Below are positions 40,001 through 52,304 of a stretch of DNA of 64,000 nucleotides, in pieces. Position numbers and translations under genes: made by a program. The stretch is from Octopus sinensis (Eukaryota). Numbering within the stretch: position 1 is the first letter of the stretch; each line of letters opens with the position of its first letter. The stretch spans positions 53,134,001-53,198,000 of the forward strand of contig NC_042998.1 of assembly GCF_006345805.1 (NCBI RefSeq). Direction: 5' to 3'. The notes below the pieces were generated by a model. It worked only from the letters and a program-made list of their open reading frames with translations, was not told the origin of the DNA and did no database searches.

Positions 40001-40041
<41 letters not shown>

Positions 40042-40199
40042 TGTGTTTGTGTGTATGCACGTATATACATATGTATGTACATATACATATATGTGTACAC
40101 ACACACATGCACACATATTATAATAAAGGGTAATAATCATTAATAATTTTACCGGGTGGTCAGTGCAGAAATAAAAACCTCATAGGTAGGTTTTATGAA

Positions 40200-40413
40200 A
40201 TATTTTATAATTATATACATAATTATTACAAGGGATTGGCTTTACACCTCACCATGCACGCCAAATGCCAAATAGACGCCAAATGCCCTATTACCACCTT
40301 AAAATCTTGGAGAGTTTAAGGTGGTAATAGAGCATTTGGCCTTTATTTCTACAGTGCTTCATGAGGCATAAAACCAATCCCTTGTTATAATTATGTATAT
40401 AATTATTAAATAT
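40200..40413. repeat. Long imperfect hairpin
   Basis: gccaaatgccctattaccaccttaaa / tttaaggtggtaatagagcatttggc, with outer arms ataattatatacataattat..caagggattgg / ccaatcccttg..ataattatgtatataattat. Confidence 0.85.
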
Positions 40414-40437
40414 GTTATACATATATGTATATATATT

Positions 40438-40918
40438 GTCACCCCCATATTTCAAGATTTCTGCACAGATTCCATCAGACTCTGGAGACTTATTGTTATT
40501 CAGCTTATTAACAGCTAAGTAAATGTCATTTAGAGTTGGTTCAAATGCCATCTCTTCTATAACCAGAAGGTGTTTAATTTTTTCTACCATCCTCAAGAGA
40601 TTGCAGACCTGTTTCAGAATGACTGATAAGATCACAATTGTCAGCATATTAAAGTTCCCTATATGTCTATGCATACCATTGAATGCAGTGTATGCCAGAA
40701 GGTTTGCAAATCTAGCAAAGGCCTCAAAAGACATTTTAAGATCCACAAAGATCAGAAATTATCAGCAGCTCTTGGTGGTTCAAATCAGATATGCAATCTG
40801 TATGGGTGTCTTTTTAGAATATTTGTCTGGTTTAAAAAGCCACATCAGATGCCATGATGGTTCTAAGGTATAGGTACAGGAGGTGGTCAAACTCTGCATA
40901 AGGAGTAGACAACCACCA
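40438..40918. mobile_element. RTE-like LINE remnant with inverted 5' piece
   Basis: Minus ~40438-40560: EPTLNDIYLAVNKLNNNKSPESDGICAEILKYGG (start of RT). Plus ~40600-40860: CSVCQKVCKSSKGLKRHFKIH and GLKSHIRCH (C-terminal C2H2 fingers). Confidence 0.7.
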
Positions 40919-40939
40919 TATATATATACATATATATAC

Positions 40940-40995
<56 letters not shown>

Positions 40996-41004
40996 TATAT
41001 ATAC

Positions 41005-41053
<49 letters not shown>

Positions 41054-41762
41054 TTTACAAAACACAACAAACAGAAAATTTTATAAAAGACATAACAAAA
41101 AAATTTGTAACTTATTCCTCATCAGTCAACATCCAAAAGATCATTACAATTTCGTGCATTTAACGTACACAAAAACACATATGTACACATCCACACATAA
41201 GTAAGCATTGAGATGCAAAGCAAAGTGGAAAAAATAGTATTCAAATACCTAAGACAGAGAAAAATACTAAAATACTGTTTTATTAAAGACGGAAAAAATT
41301 CACAAACATTGACCATTCATCAGATTGTTGTAATCATCATCATCATCATTTAATATTTGCTTCCCATGCTAGAATGGACAGTTTGACAGGAGTTGGCCAG
41401 GCAACATATTTTATGGCTGGATACCCCTCCTAACACCAAACACCCTGCAGAGTGCACTGAGTGTTTTTCATGTGGCACGAGCACAAGTGAGGTCAGTTTT
41501 GGCATGGTCTTTACAGCTGGATGCCATTTTAAATGCTAACCACTTATAATGGTAAACTGAATGCTTATGTATGGCACCAACCCCATATTTGTTGTTGGCA
41601 TCCTTTTTGTCTTGGGAGACAATGGAGTTGAGCATAAAATAATCTAGCCAGGCTTTTACATTTCATATCCTAATACATCTCCTGCTGTGGCTGTGTAGTC
41701 CTATCCTGGACAAACACTCCCTCTAGCAGGTTCCGCAAATGTAGCCTCATATATATGTATTT

Positions 41763-41801
<39 letters not shown>

Positions 41802-41938
41802 CACTTAGGCATAGTGATAGTAATAACCTGGTGTTAGAACTCAATATACATATGATTCAGAATGAAGCATCAGTTGAAAACAGAACAGTGATAAAAAATT
41901 AGAATGTCAAAGGAATAAACAATTATGTTATATATATT

Positions 41939-41972
<34 letters not shown>

Positions 41973-43398
41973 TTATGTATATATACATACATTACATATT
42001 ACACACATATGCTTGTGAGGGGTGTATATATGTTTTATTATCATTGCTATTATTATTTTATTTGAAAGTTTCATTCTAAAGTTCAGAAGTCCATTTCAAT
42101 TGAACAAAAGCAAAAAATGATTGAAACGGATCACTAATCCATAGAGCAAATCACTCAAATAACAAAAAATATTTACTCTCAACCTCATGCATTGCATACT
42201 TCACTGAACATAGTTTCCTCCCACAATACTGTCATAGGTTGGATGGTTTGACAAGACCAGTCAAAGCCATAGATACTGCATAGCTCTACTCACACTTTAC
42301 CAGATTGAAAATTGAAGCATATATTAGGCAGTAGAGTCTCAGATAAACTATATTTTAAAAAACAAAAAATGATGTCATGATTGGAACACTTTTGGTCATA
42401 GATTTGTTCAATTTGAGTTGACCTGGGGTTAAAGAATAACAAGTCCATATTTTTTTTGTTATTTATTTCAGTTACATTTTTTTGTTTATGTACGTTAATA
42501 TATTTTAATGTTAGAAATCATAAAGTTGTATTATTATAAAACACTAGCTCGACCTGTGAAAATTTCACAGAAAGCATTAAAAAATGTATGCATCTGTAAA
42601 TAGAGTACTGGTGCCATGTGAAATGTTTGTATATTATGACTGTCTGTCTTTATGTTTTGAGTTCAAATTCTGTTGAGATTGACTTTGCCTTTTGTGCTTT
42701 CACAGTCGATAAATTAAGTATCAGTTGTGTACTGGGGTCGATCTAATCAACTGGCCCCCACCCCACAAAAAATTCAGGTCTGGAAAAGTATATTATGACA
42801 GTTACAGAATATAGAAAGTAATGTAACACCAATGACTATATAATCCAACCAAAATACCTGTTACACAAACGTAAAGGGAATTACTATTTATCCTTAAAAT
42901 ACATTGTACGTATTCAAAGAGCCTTAATGTACAAATTGAAATTCAAAAGAATGAAATAATAAATGGATTTATAAATGAAAGTTTGGTAATTGCGTTTATT
43001 TCCACCATACGACACTTATTATTGCAAACATGTTTTAACTAACCTAAACTAGGCACACACACAAATACATTCATATATATATATATATATATATGTCTTG
43101 AGTTGCAGCTGTAATTGAAAGAGGCCAGCCTTATCATATTCTGTGTGAGGCTGAATCTCCCTGAGAACTACGGTAATGTCATGCATGTCTGTGGAGTACT
43201 CAGCCATTTATGAGTTAATTTTATCCTCGTGTAGTAAGGAAAAGTGAAATTGACATCCAATATTTGCTGTGTATGTATCTATGTATCTACTACTCTTGTG
43301 ATGTGATAAACATTTAAAAACATAAAACGAATGCCATCACCACTCACTGCCTCTTTCACTCTCTCTCTCTTTCTCTCACATATGTATGTGTATATATA

Positions 43399-43438
<40 letters not shown>

Positions 43439-43899
43439 GATGAGTATATAGGGATAAATTATCCAGGCAGGTACTGTAAGAGATCCCAGGTATAGTCCAG
43501 GTTCCAGCTAATCACATCAGGTAGTCAGAAACACCAAGGATCGCTTAATGTGAGCAATCCTATGGTAGTTCTTCTGATGGGTAAATCCGAGTGGGTAAAT
43601 CACTGGATTATGAATATTTTCAGGTGTAAAAGTCCCAAACTATTACAAAGAATATGGAGATGGATAAGTCATCAAATTTTTCCCTTTAATTATAACAGTT
43701 AATTGCAATAATTAAATATACAGCATAATTAGTTAAGATGGCCATAGAGAATTGCAGGCTGCATATGCAATCTGCAATATTCTGCTATGCATCTTCATTC
43801 AGGGTCTTTCCACAGGTATGATCCGAAGCAAACTGAATTTATTTATGCATGGCTAGCTTAGTTCTTTATTATATTATATACCAATTATGCTGTACAATT

Positions 43900-44165
43900 A
43901 TTTGTTAAAACTAAAGGAAAAATTTGAAGATGTACCAGTCTGTGTATTCTTTGTAGGCTGCGTGTGTATCGTTGGTGATTTTTTTTCCTCCGTCTTCCCT
44001 TTCTTAGATCTTTTCTTTTCCTGTGTTTCTGACGACGAGCTCCGCTCGAGACGTTGAATCCTCCTTCTTTCCTTCCTTTCCTGAGCGTCCAATAACACTA
44101 TACTTGTTCCACGTCCTCGCGTTGTTGTGTTTTCTCTTTGTGTTTTCATGTTTGGATTAACTTTA
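43900..44165 (+). mobile_element. Penelope-type pLTR fragment with mutated hammerhead
   Basis: CTGACGA-c-gagc-tcc-gctc-GAGAC-GTT at 44029-44055 (GAAA changed to GAGA). Ends in (TA)n. Confidence 0.6.
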
Positions 44166-44175
44166 TATATATATA

Positions 44176-44209
<34 letters not shown>

Positions 44210-44210
<1 letters not shown>

Positions 44211-44680
44211 CCATGTAACTGTCTCATTAAAACCACTCTTCAAGTGTTGGGCAATATCCTGTGCTTGTGAAGACCTGTTGAGCTGAGTGAAATCATAGTC
44301 ATGGCCAATGCCAGTGCTGTCTGATTGGCACACATGCTAGTGGCATGCAAAAAGCACTGTTTGAGTGTTGGGCCTCACGTAGGTAGTGACAGGTGACCAA
44401 GACCTTTGACGATATACTATGTTTGTGTAAATCTGTCAAGCCAACTGAGACCATACTCGTGGCTGATGCTGGTGTCAGGTCAGTGGCACCCATGTCAGTG
44501 GCAGATAAAAAAAAATCACCCACTACACTCTCAGAGTAGTTGGCATTAAGAAGGGCACCCAACCATAGAAACCTTGCTAAATCAGATCGGTACCTGGTTC
44601 AGCTCCCTGGTTTGCCAGTTTTCAGTCTAACCATCGGACCCATGCCAGGATGGAAAGCAGATGTTAAATGATGATGATGA
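44210..44680 (+). mobile_element. RTE LINE 3'UTR fragment with (GAT)n tail
   Basis: cacccactacactctcagagtagttggcattaagaagggca...gttaaatgatgatgat. Other tails at ~9500, 33430, 41335, 45705, 47650 and 55850. Confidence 0.8.
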
Positions 44681-46790
44681 TAATATATATGTATAAATTT
44701 ATTGAACAAAATTGGAAATGAAAGTGAAAAAGTATAAAAAATATTTTCAAGAGACAAATAGGATTATAACCTGATAAACAAGGATTCTGACAAACCAAAG
44801 AGAGAAAGACAGACATTGTTATTTTATAATTGCTTTATGCGAGACGAAACTATTTTATAAATTTAGAATCTCATTTTGTTGTTGCCATTTTGTTTATCTC
44901 TTGTGAGGTAAGTTGAATATTCATTAGAAACATATATTTGGAATCTTTCCACTAAGTACAGCTGACTGAATTTTCAAAACAGAATTATAATAAAGCTGGA
45001 AACAAAAAAAAATAGCAGTTAAATTACATGATATCACATCCTGTGGATTTGGTAAATGGAAACTTAAAAATGCCCAGCATGTATATATATGTGTGTGTGT
45101 GCGTGTGTGCGTGCGTGCGTGTGTGCATGCGTGCGTGCATGTGTGTGTGTGTCTGCCTCATTACTGCCTGACAACTGGTGTTGGTTTGTTTATGTCCCTA
45201 TAACTTAACAGTTCGGCAAATAAAAGACCAATAGGCTTAGTACCAGGCTAAAGAAACAAAACTAAAGAAACAAAACAAAAAAACCCCCAAAACGTACTGG
45301 TGTTGATTCATTTGACTAAAAAATTCTTCTAAGCAGTGTTCCAGTATGACCACAGTCTAATGACTGAAACAGATGAAATAGAAAATCAAAAGATAACTTC
45401 TTCTGGCTTTCTGAGTTCAAATCTCAATGAGGTTTTTTTGCTTTCCTTCTTTCTATTGTCAATAGATAAAGTAACAATGCAGGACAATAGACTGGCAGAA
45501 TCATTAGAACATTGGTTGAAATGCTTTGGGAAATTTGCTCTGGTTCCTTGTACTTTGAGTTCAAATACCACAGTGGCCTACTTGGGTGGTATATTTCACC
45601 CATCATCCTGTTTATCACTGTCACCAGTTTCTTGGGTGGCCTTTACAGAGCCAACTCTGTTGCAAGCATTTAATTGATGTCTTGAGTTCACCACTCTTAC
45701 CACATCATCATCATCATCATCATCATTTAACATCCATTGTCCATGCTGTCATGGGTTGGACAGTTTGACCAGAGCTGGCAAGCTGGAGAGCTGCCCCTGG
45801 CTCCAGTCTGATTTGGCATGGTTTCTATGGCTGGATGCCCTTCCTAATGCCAACCACTTTACAGGAGAGAGTGTGTAGGGTGCTTTTACATGGCATCACA
45901 TGTGTACTTTTTACATGACACTGGTATCTGTCTCAAAAAAACCTTGTAAAGGGTCATGAGCTCTGAGACCCCTTCTTCTTGATCTAGTGATTACAAATCA
46001 CACACACACACATCAATACTTAAAGTGAAACATTGTGCATATTAATCTCATTGAATCTTTCAAATTCTCTTTCTTGAAGCCAAACAGCATGGCCCTATTA
46101 ACAAGCAAACGAAAGGCATTGTTTCCATAGCAATTTTTTCATCTAGCATTATCATTATTAGTTTTTCAGATACATTTTCTCTGAAATGACTGAAAGTTAA
46201 TATACTAAGGTTTCCAGTCTAGTGCATTCCTTGTGATCTACAGTTCTAATTCTGAAGTAGAAATAGTTGTTGTTGTTGTTGTTTCACTCAAAATCAGCCT
46301 TGATTGAATAGACCTATGATCAAAGATCTGACTATCTGGTCTTTTTCTTTTCTTTTCTTTTCTTTTCATACATAGTTTATTCTGTAACAGTAGCTTTATT
46401 AGTTTCATTCATTGGTCGGTCTATGGATGTGCAAGGGCACTATGTCCAAGTGGTTTAGTCAATCAGACTACCATCTCCAACCCACCTAGAGCTTATTTCA
46501 ATCTGGTGTATATTTCCTCAATCTCTGTTTATAGAAAGGGAGAGTTATATTTTTATCAGACATGACAAGCGGGCAACTTGACACACCAGTTTACACCAGA
46601 GAATATAAAGACTCACACACATAACTGGTTTCTACAGTTCCTGTCTACTGTCACAAAGTATTGGTTACCCTGAGACAATGGTAGAAGCCACTTATACAAA
46701 GTACCACACAGTGGTACTAAACCTAGTACCACAGTTGAAATGTAAGCTTGTTAACTGTACAACCATATATGCACTCTTATTACTATAGAC

Positions 46791-47312
46791 CAGTGGCTCT
46801 AAACTGGGATCCATATGGCCCCTGGGACTCCCTATAAGATTTTTGGGAGTCCACACAACAAAATAGCAAATTAGGGGTTCACAATAATATTTTAAGGGTC
46901 CCTGAAAAATTTTACCTTATGTGTGATACACAGATGGATATAAATGATGAATGATTTCTAATGACATTCAATATAGTTGGACAATGTATAGCCAGGCTTA
47001 GCTTCATCAGTATAATCATAAAAATTCATTATATTCCTATAAGGGTAGTGAACTGGCAGAATTGTTTGCACCTTGGACAAAATGGTTAGCTGCATTTCTT
47101 CCAGCTCTTTACATTCTTTACATAGCTAAATTTCTTTCTCTAGCATTTTACACAGTTCAACCTACACAAGTTAATGTGGGGAAAGCAAAATAGGAATTTT
47201 GAAATGAATTTCTATAAAACTAGTTTTTAGACATTGAAGAGCTATGGAGGGTTCCCCAGAATAAAATAGTAATCACAGGGATCCATAGACAGAAAATGGT
47301 TGAGAGCCCCTG
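46791..47312. mobile_element. hAT (Charlie-type) MITE
   Basis: TIRs cagtggctctaaac / gttgagagcccctg. 8-bp TSD ctatagac / ctgtagac. Confidence 0.8.
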
Positions 47313-48489
47313 CTGTAGACTCTACTGTCATAACTGACAGATGAGGGTTTCACAATTTTTGGCTAAATAACCTGCAGAGATGATGTCTTTATGGTGATCA
47401 AATGTTTGATCACCCTACAGGTACATTATGCTGGTACAGGTGCACAATGTGTCACATGTCAAACATTGAAGTGGCCACAGTGAAATGTGAGGTGAAGTGT
47501 TTTCTTCAAGAACACAATGCACTAATAATGCCAGGTTCAGGAATGGAAACCACAATCTCTTGATTCTGAGTGCAACACCCTAAACATAAGGCCTCACACC
47601 TTTACATGCAACTGTATTAAGGACTACATTATTATTTTTTCATATTTTGTTAGTGCCACATAAAAACCTCTGGTGATGATGCCATGTAAAAAGTACCCCA
47701 TACACTCCATGGAGTGTTTGGTATTAAGAAGAGCATCCAGCTGTATAAACCATGCCAGAATGGACAATGGAACCCAGTATGGATCCTGACCTTGCCAGTT
47801 TTTGTAAAACCATCCAACCCATGCTAGCATAGAAAATCGATGTTAAATGTTGATGATGATGATGATGATATAATAGGGTGTAATTTGACTGAGATTTGGC
47901 TGCTATTTATAGCATGTCCAGAGACCATGCAGTGATACTCTCAATATCAGCTACTGTCAAAACTAGGCAACTGATATAAGGTGCCTAACTACCAATTCAA
48001 TTAAGTTTTATATTTCATGCGCTATATATAATGGTAGAGTAAGTAAATTAATATCTCAGTAACCCAAGCAGGAAATAAGCTCCTAGCAACAATGACTTTT
48101 CTTAATAATGGAGCAGGAGACCTTCTCAGCTAAGCTTACTACTGCCCTTAGGGGGCTGATTCTGAACAAGAAATGAAATCATCAACCTGTAGTTATATAA
48201 TATGAAACAAATGGAAACAAAAGGAAGATTAAAATCATGTTATCTGATAGTGAATAACTAGAGTTTATAGTCTTAATAAACAATCCCAAACAGGTGTAGT
48301 TAGTTATTTTGACATTTAATTAATATAAAATGTAATTAAGAAAGTATTTTTTAAAATTTCAAACCACATAAATGAATGAATATCATATTTCATAACAGTC
48401 ATTTATAATTGTTGATTAGTCTTAGATCAGCTCTGATTTAGCAGACTAACAGTTAAAGGTGTTTTCGACCTTGTTTATCTATCTTTTTT

Positions 48490-48930
48490 TATATTTTAAT
48501 TGTTTAAGTTATTAGACTGTGGTCATGCTGGGACACTACCTTGAAGAATTTTTAATCAAATGAATCAACCCCAGTACTTATTTTTTGAAAGCCCAATACT
48601 AATTCAATCAGTCTTTTTTGCCAAAACACTAAGTTACAGGGACATAAGCACAACAGCACCAGTTGTCAAGCAGTGGTGGGACACACACACACACACACAC
48701 ACACACATTCTACTTTCTTGTGTTCTTTTCTTTGTTTCAGTCTCTTAATTGTGGCCATGCTGGAGCACTGCTTTTAGCCAAAGAAACCGATCCCAGAACT
48801 TATTCTTTGCAAGCCTAGAACTTATTCTATCAGTTATTTTTGTCGAACTGCTAAGTTATGGGGACATAAACACACCAACATTGGTTATCAATCAATGGTG
48901 GGGGGAAAACTCAGATAGAGACACACACAC
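48490..48930 (-). mobile_element. SINE family A 3' halves (two)
   Basis: tgtggccatgctggagcact...gaactgctaagttatggggacataaacacacca. Confidence 0.75.
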
Positions 48931-48953
48931 ACGTGTGTATATATATATATATA

Positions 48954-49898
48954 CTATCAGAACTGGAGAAGTTTCAACTATCAGAACTGGAGGAGAAGTT
49001 TCAGGTGTGGAAACAAGGATTAGAATCGAAGGGCCTTAGAGTCAACCTAGCCAAAACCAAAGTCCTAATAAGTAGGAAGGTGGACCAACCACAAACGACT
49101 TCAGGTAGATGGCCCTGCTCGATCTGTAAAAAAGGTGTAGGTAGAAACTCTATAAGGTGCACCAAGTGTAAGCTATGGACACATAAGAGGTGCAGCAATG
49201 TCAAAGGTAGGCTAACTGGGAAGATAGTTTTCGTATGTGGCAGATGCTCAGGAACAATAAACACTGGAAATGTGCAGAGACCAACTTCTACCACGTTCCA
49301 GGGAGACAAACTAGAAGTAGTTGATAGCTTCTACTACCTAGGAGACCAAGTTAGTAGCGGGGGTGGGTGTGCTGAAAGTGTAACTGCTAGAGTAAGAATA
49401 GCCTGGGCAAAGTTTAGAGAGCTCTTACCCCTGCTGGTGACAAAAGGCCTCTCGCTCAGAGTAAAAGGCAGACTTTATGATGCATGTGTACGTACAGCCA
49501 TGCTACATGGTAGTGAAACATGGGCCGTGACTGCTGAGGATATGCGTAAGCTCGCAAGAAATGAAGCCAGTATGCTCCGATGGATGTGTAATGTCAGTGT
49601 TCATAATCGTCAGAGTGTAAGTACCTTGAGAGAAAAGTTGAACCTAAGAAGCGTCAATTGTGGTGTGCAAGAGAGACGGCTGCGCTGGTATGGTCATATG
49701 ACGAGAATGGCTGAAGATAGTTGTGTGCAAAAGTGCTACATCCTAGCAGTTGAGGGAACCTGTGGAAGAGGTAGACCCAGGAAAACCTGGGACGAAGTGG
49801 TGAAGCACGACCTACAAAGTTTAGGTCTCACCAAGGAAATGACTAGAGACCGAGACCTATGGAAGTATGCTGTGCGTGAGAAGACCTGGCAAGACTAG
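48954..49898 (+). pseudogene. RTE ORF C-terminal third (end of RT, PHD finger, thumb/C-terminal region)
   Basis: GLRVNLAKTKVL, LEVVDSFYYLG, AMLHGSETW, RRLRWYGHM, GRGRPRKTW, DRDLWK. No YADD motif or endonuclease (truncated). Confidence 0.9.
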
Positions 49899-50179
49899 TC
49901 AGGCCATAACCCGTGGCCCCTACCTGGGACGTAGTCAGTCCACCTGTGCATACCTTCCTTCTTGTGATACTTGTGAAGACCTGTTGAGGCAAGTGAAAAT
50001 CAAACAAAATCAAAATAGATGAACATCAATGGAATTTGTATCCTTGTGGTATCAGTGCCGGTGGCACACAAGAAAACCATCCGAACGTGGCCGTAGCCAG
50101 TACCGCACCGACTGGCCTCCATGCTGTGGGCACGTTACAATCACCATCCAATCGTGGCCGATCGCCAGCCTAATCTGGC

Positions 50180-50836
50180 TCCTGTGTCGGTGGCACATAA
50201 AAAACACCATCTGAGCGTGGTCGTCTGCCAGCCTTGTCTGGCACCTGTGTCGGTGGCACATAAAAACACCATCCGAACGTGGCCGTTCGCCAGCCTCGTC
50301 TAGCACCTGTGTCGGTGGCACATAAAAATAAAAAACACCATCCGAGCGTGGTCGTCTGCTAGCCTTGTCTGGCACCTGTGTCGGTGGCACATAAAAACAC
50401 CATCCGAGCGTGGCCGTTCGCCAGCCTCGTCTGGCACCTGTGTCGGTGGCACATAAAAACACCATCCGAGCGTGGTCATCTGCCAGCCTTGTCTGGCACC
50501 TGTGTCGGTGGCACATAAAAAAAAAAACACCATCCGAGCGTGGTCGTCTGCTAGCCTTGTCTGGCACCTGTGTCGGTGGCACATAAAAACACCATCCGAG
50601 CGTGGCCGTTCGCCAGCCTCGTCTGGCACCTGTGTCGGTGGCACATAAAAACACCATCTGAGCGTGGTCGTCTGCCAGCCTTGTCTGGCACCTGTGTCGG
50701 TGGCACATAAAAACACCATCCGAGCGTGGCCGTTCGCCAGCTTCGTCTGGCACCTGTGTCGGTGGCACATAAAAACACCATCCGAGCGTGGTCGTTCGCC
50801 AGCCTCGTCTGGCACCTGTGTCGGTGGCACATAAAA
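50180..50836 (+). repeat. 62-bp minisatellite, about 10.5 units, in the RTE 3'UTR
   Basis: cacctgtgtcggtggcacataaaaacaccatccgagcgtgg[ccgttc/tcgtct]gccagcct[c/t]gtctgg. Confidence 0.95.
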
Positions 50837-51004
50837 TCACCCACTACACTCTCGGAGTGGTTGGCGTTAGGAAGGGCATCCAGCTGTAGAAACACTGCCA
50901 GATCTGACTGGCCTGGTACAGCCTTCGGGCTCCCCAGACCCCAGTTGAACCGTCCAACCCATGCTAGCATGGAAAGCGGACGTTAAATGATGATGATGAT
51001 GATA

Positions 51005-52209
51005 CAAGGTGTGTAAGGTATTTGAGAATTACCTTTTTGGGGACATTGCTGCATGTTTTACTAACTCTGTATAATCTTTGCTTCAGAAATTAATAACGGC
51101 AAACCCTCAGCTTACTCAAGAAATGAAGAGACATGCTATTATTGTGATTATAAAGGCTGAGCATAGCTGTTTAGAAATACCTTGATTTTTAAAATTTGCC
51201 AGACCTTTCATCTACAGAGTTTGTAAGGAGCTGGAGACTGAAGATGGAAACATATCACCAATATCAAAGTATAAAAGCATTCTAAATGCTCTGAAATCAT
51301 CAGAACACCTGAATTTATCCAACAAGTTCAACAAACCATTGATTACAATCCCAGAAAGTCCATGAAGTCAATTGCTGAAGATATCCATGTATCAGAAGGA
51401 ACAGTCAGAAATGTTGTCCACGAAGACATCAGATATAAGTCTTATATGATGAGGAAAGGTCAATTTGTTAGAAAAAGTAAAAGAAAATCACTACATCAGA
51501 TCTAAAAGGCTCTTAAACAAACTGAAAAGTCAGAAGATTTGATTTAGTTTTTCTCAAATAAGAAAAACTTCGACCATGATCAGAAAGTTAACAGAAGAAA
51601 TGACATGTAGTTATGTGCAAACCCTTCTGAAATTCCAAGTGTTATGCATACAAAATTTCCAGCTACTATCATAGTTTCAGCAATGAAGGACATGTGATAC
51701 TTCCTTACTTCTTTCCACAAGGCCTTAGAGTTAACTCTGTCACCTGCATTGAGGCCTTGGAAATAATTGTTAAGCCCTGAACAGACAGTGTATGCAATGG
51801 AAGGTCATATGTGTTTCAGTAAGACTCTGCACTATCACACATGGAATGGATGGCTGAAAATTTTCATGATCATCTAGCCCCTAACATTTGGTCTCTTAAT
51901 TCCCCAGATCTCAATCCATTAGACTATTACATGTAGAGTGCTGTTGAGAGAGATGTCAATGGCTATGCCCATAACACCAAAGATTCTTTGAAACCTGCCA
52001 TAGACAGTGTAATGTTCAAAATGAACCAGGACCACTTGATTTGAGCGTGTAGATGATTTAGATCTCATATGAAAGCAGTTGTTGAAGCTGCTTCATTAAA
52101 GAAAAGAAGGTTTATTTTTATCCTCATAGCATTTTTTGATAAATAAAGTTATTATTTGTTATCTGGTGTTTTATGAACATAAATCTGTCCTCAAATATCT
52201 AATACACCT

Positions 52210-52211
<2 letters not shown>
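51005..52211 (+). mobile_element. Decayed Tc1/mariner transposon, probably maT (DD37D)-like
   Basis: TA-flanked TIRs caaggtgtgtaaggtatttgag / ctcaaatatctaatacaccttg. Broken transposase reads MKRHAII..., VSEGTVRNVVHEDIRYKSY, YVFQ*DSA, NSPDLNPLDYY, with stops and frameshifts. Confidence 0.85.
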
Positions 52212-52263
<52 letters not shown>

Positions 52264-52304
52264 CACACACACATATATATATATTTATATACACACACAC
52301 ATAC

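Larger units (their letters stand above)
38989..40006. mobile_element. Retrozyme/Penelope-like element: two tandem 361-bp units plus an inverted unit
   Basis: Units at 38989-39349 and 39350-39682, inverted unit at 39685-40006. One hammerhead per unit; (TA)n on both flanks; no meaningful ORF. Confidence 0.9.
48953..51002 (+). mobile_element. Young 5'-truncated RTE-clade LINE
   Basis: Uninterrupted ORF end, long 3'UTR with minisatellite, (GAT)n tail, and a 24-bp duplication at the 5' junction (actatcagaactggag..aagtttca twice). Confidence 0.9.

Noticed and set aside
43720-43806. Hairpin with CTGAATGA on the minus strand; similar partial cores at ~26312, 27275 and 47003
   Set aside because: The GAAA box is missing or the core spacing is wrong, so these are too degenerate to call.
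50180-50836. CRISPR-like regular array
   Set aside because: The units are contiguous repeats with only two recurring variants and no unique spacers. There are no cas genes, and the array lies in a eukaryotic LINE 3'UTR.
50052-50986. ORFs of 139-262 aa over the minisatellite
   Set aside because: Periodic translations of the repeat, with frames switching at A-tracts.
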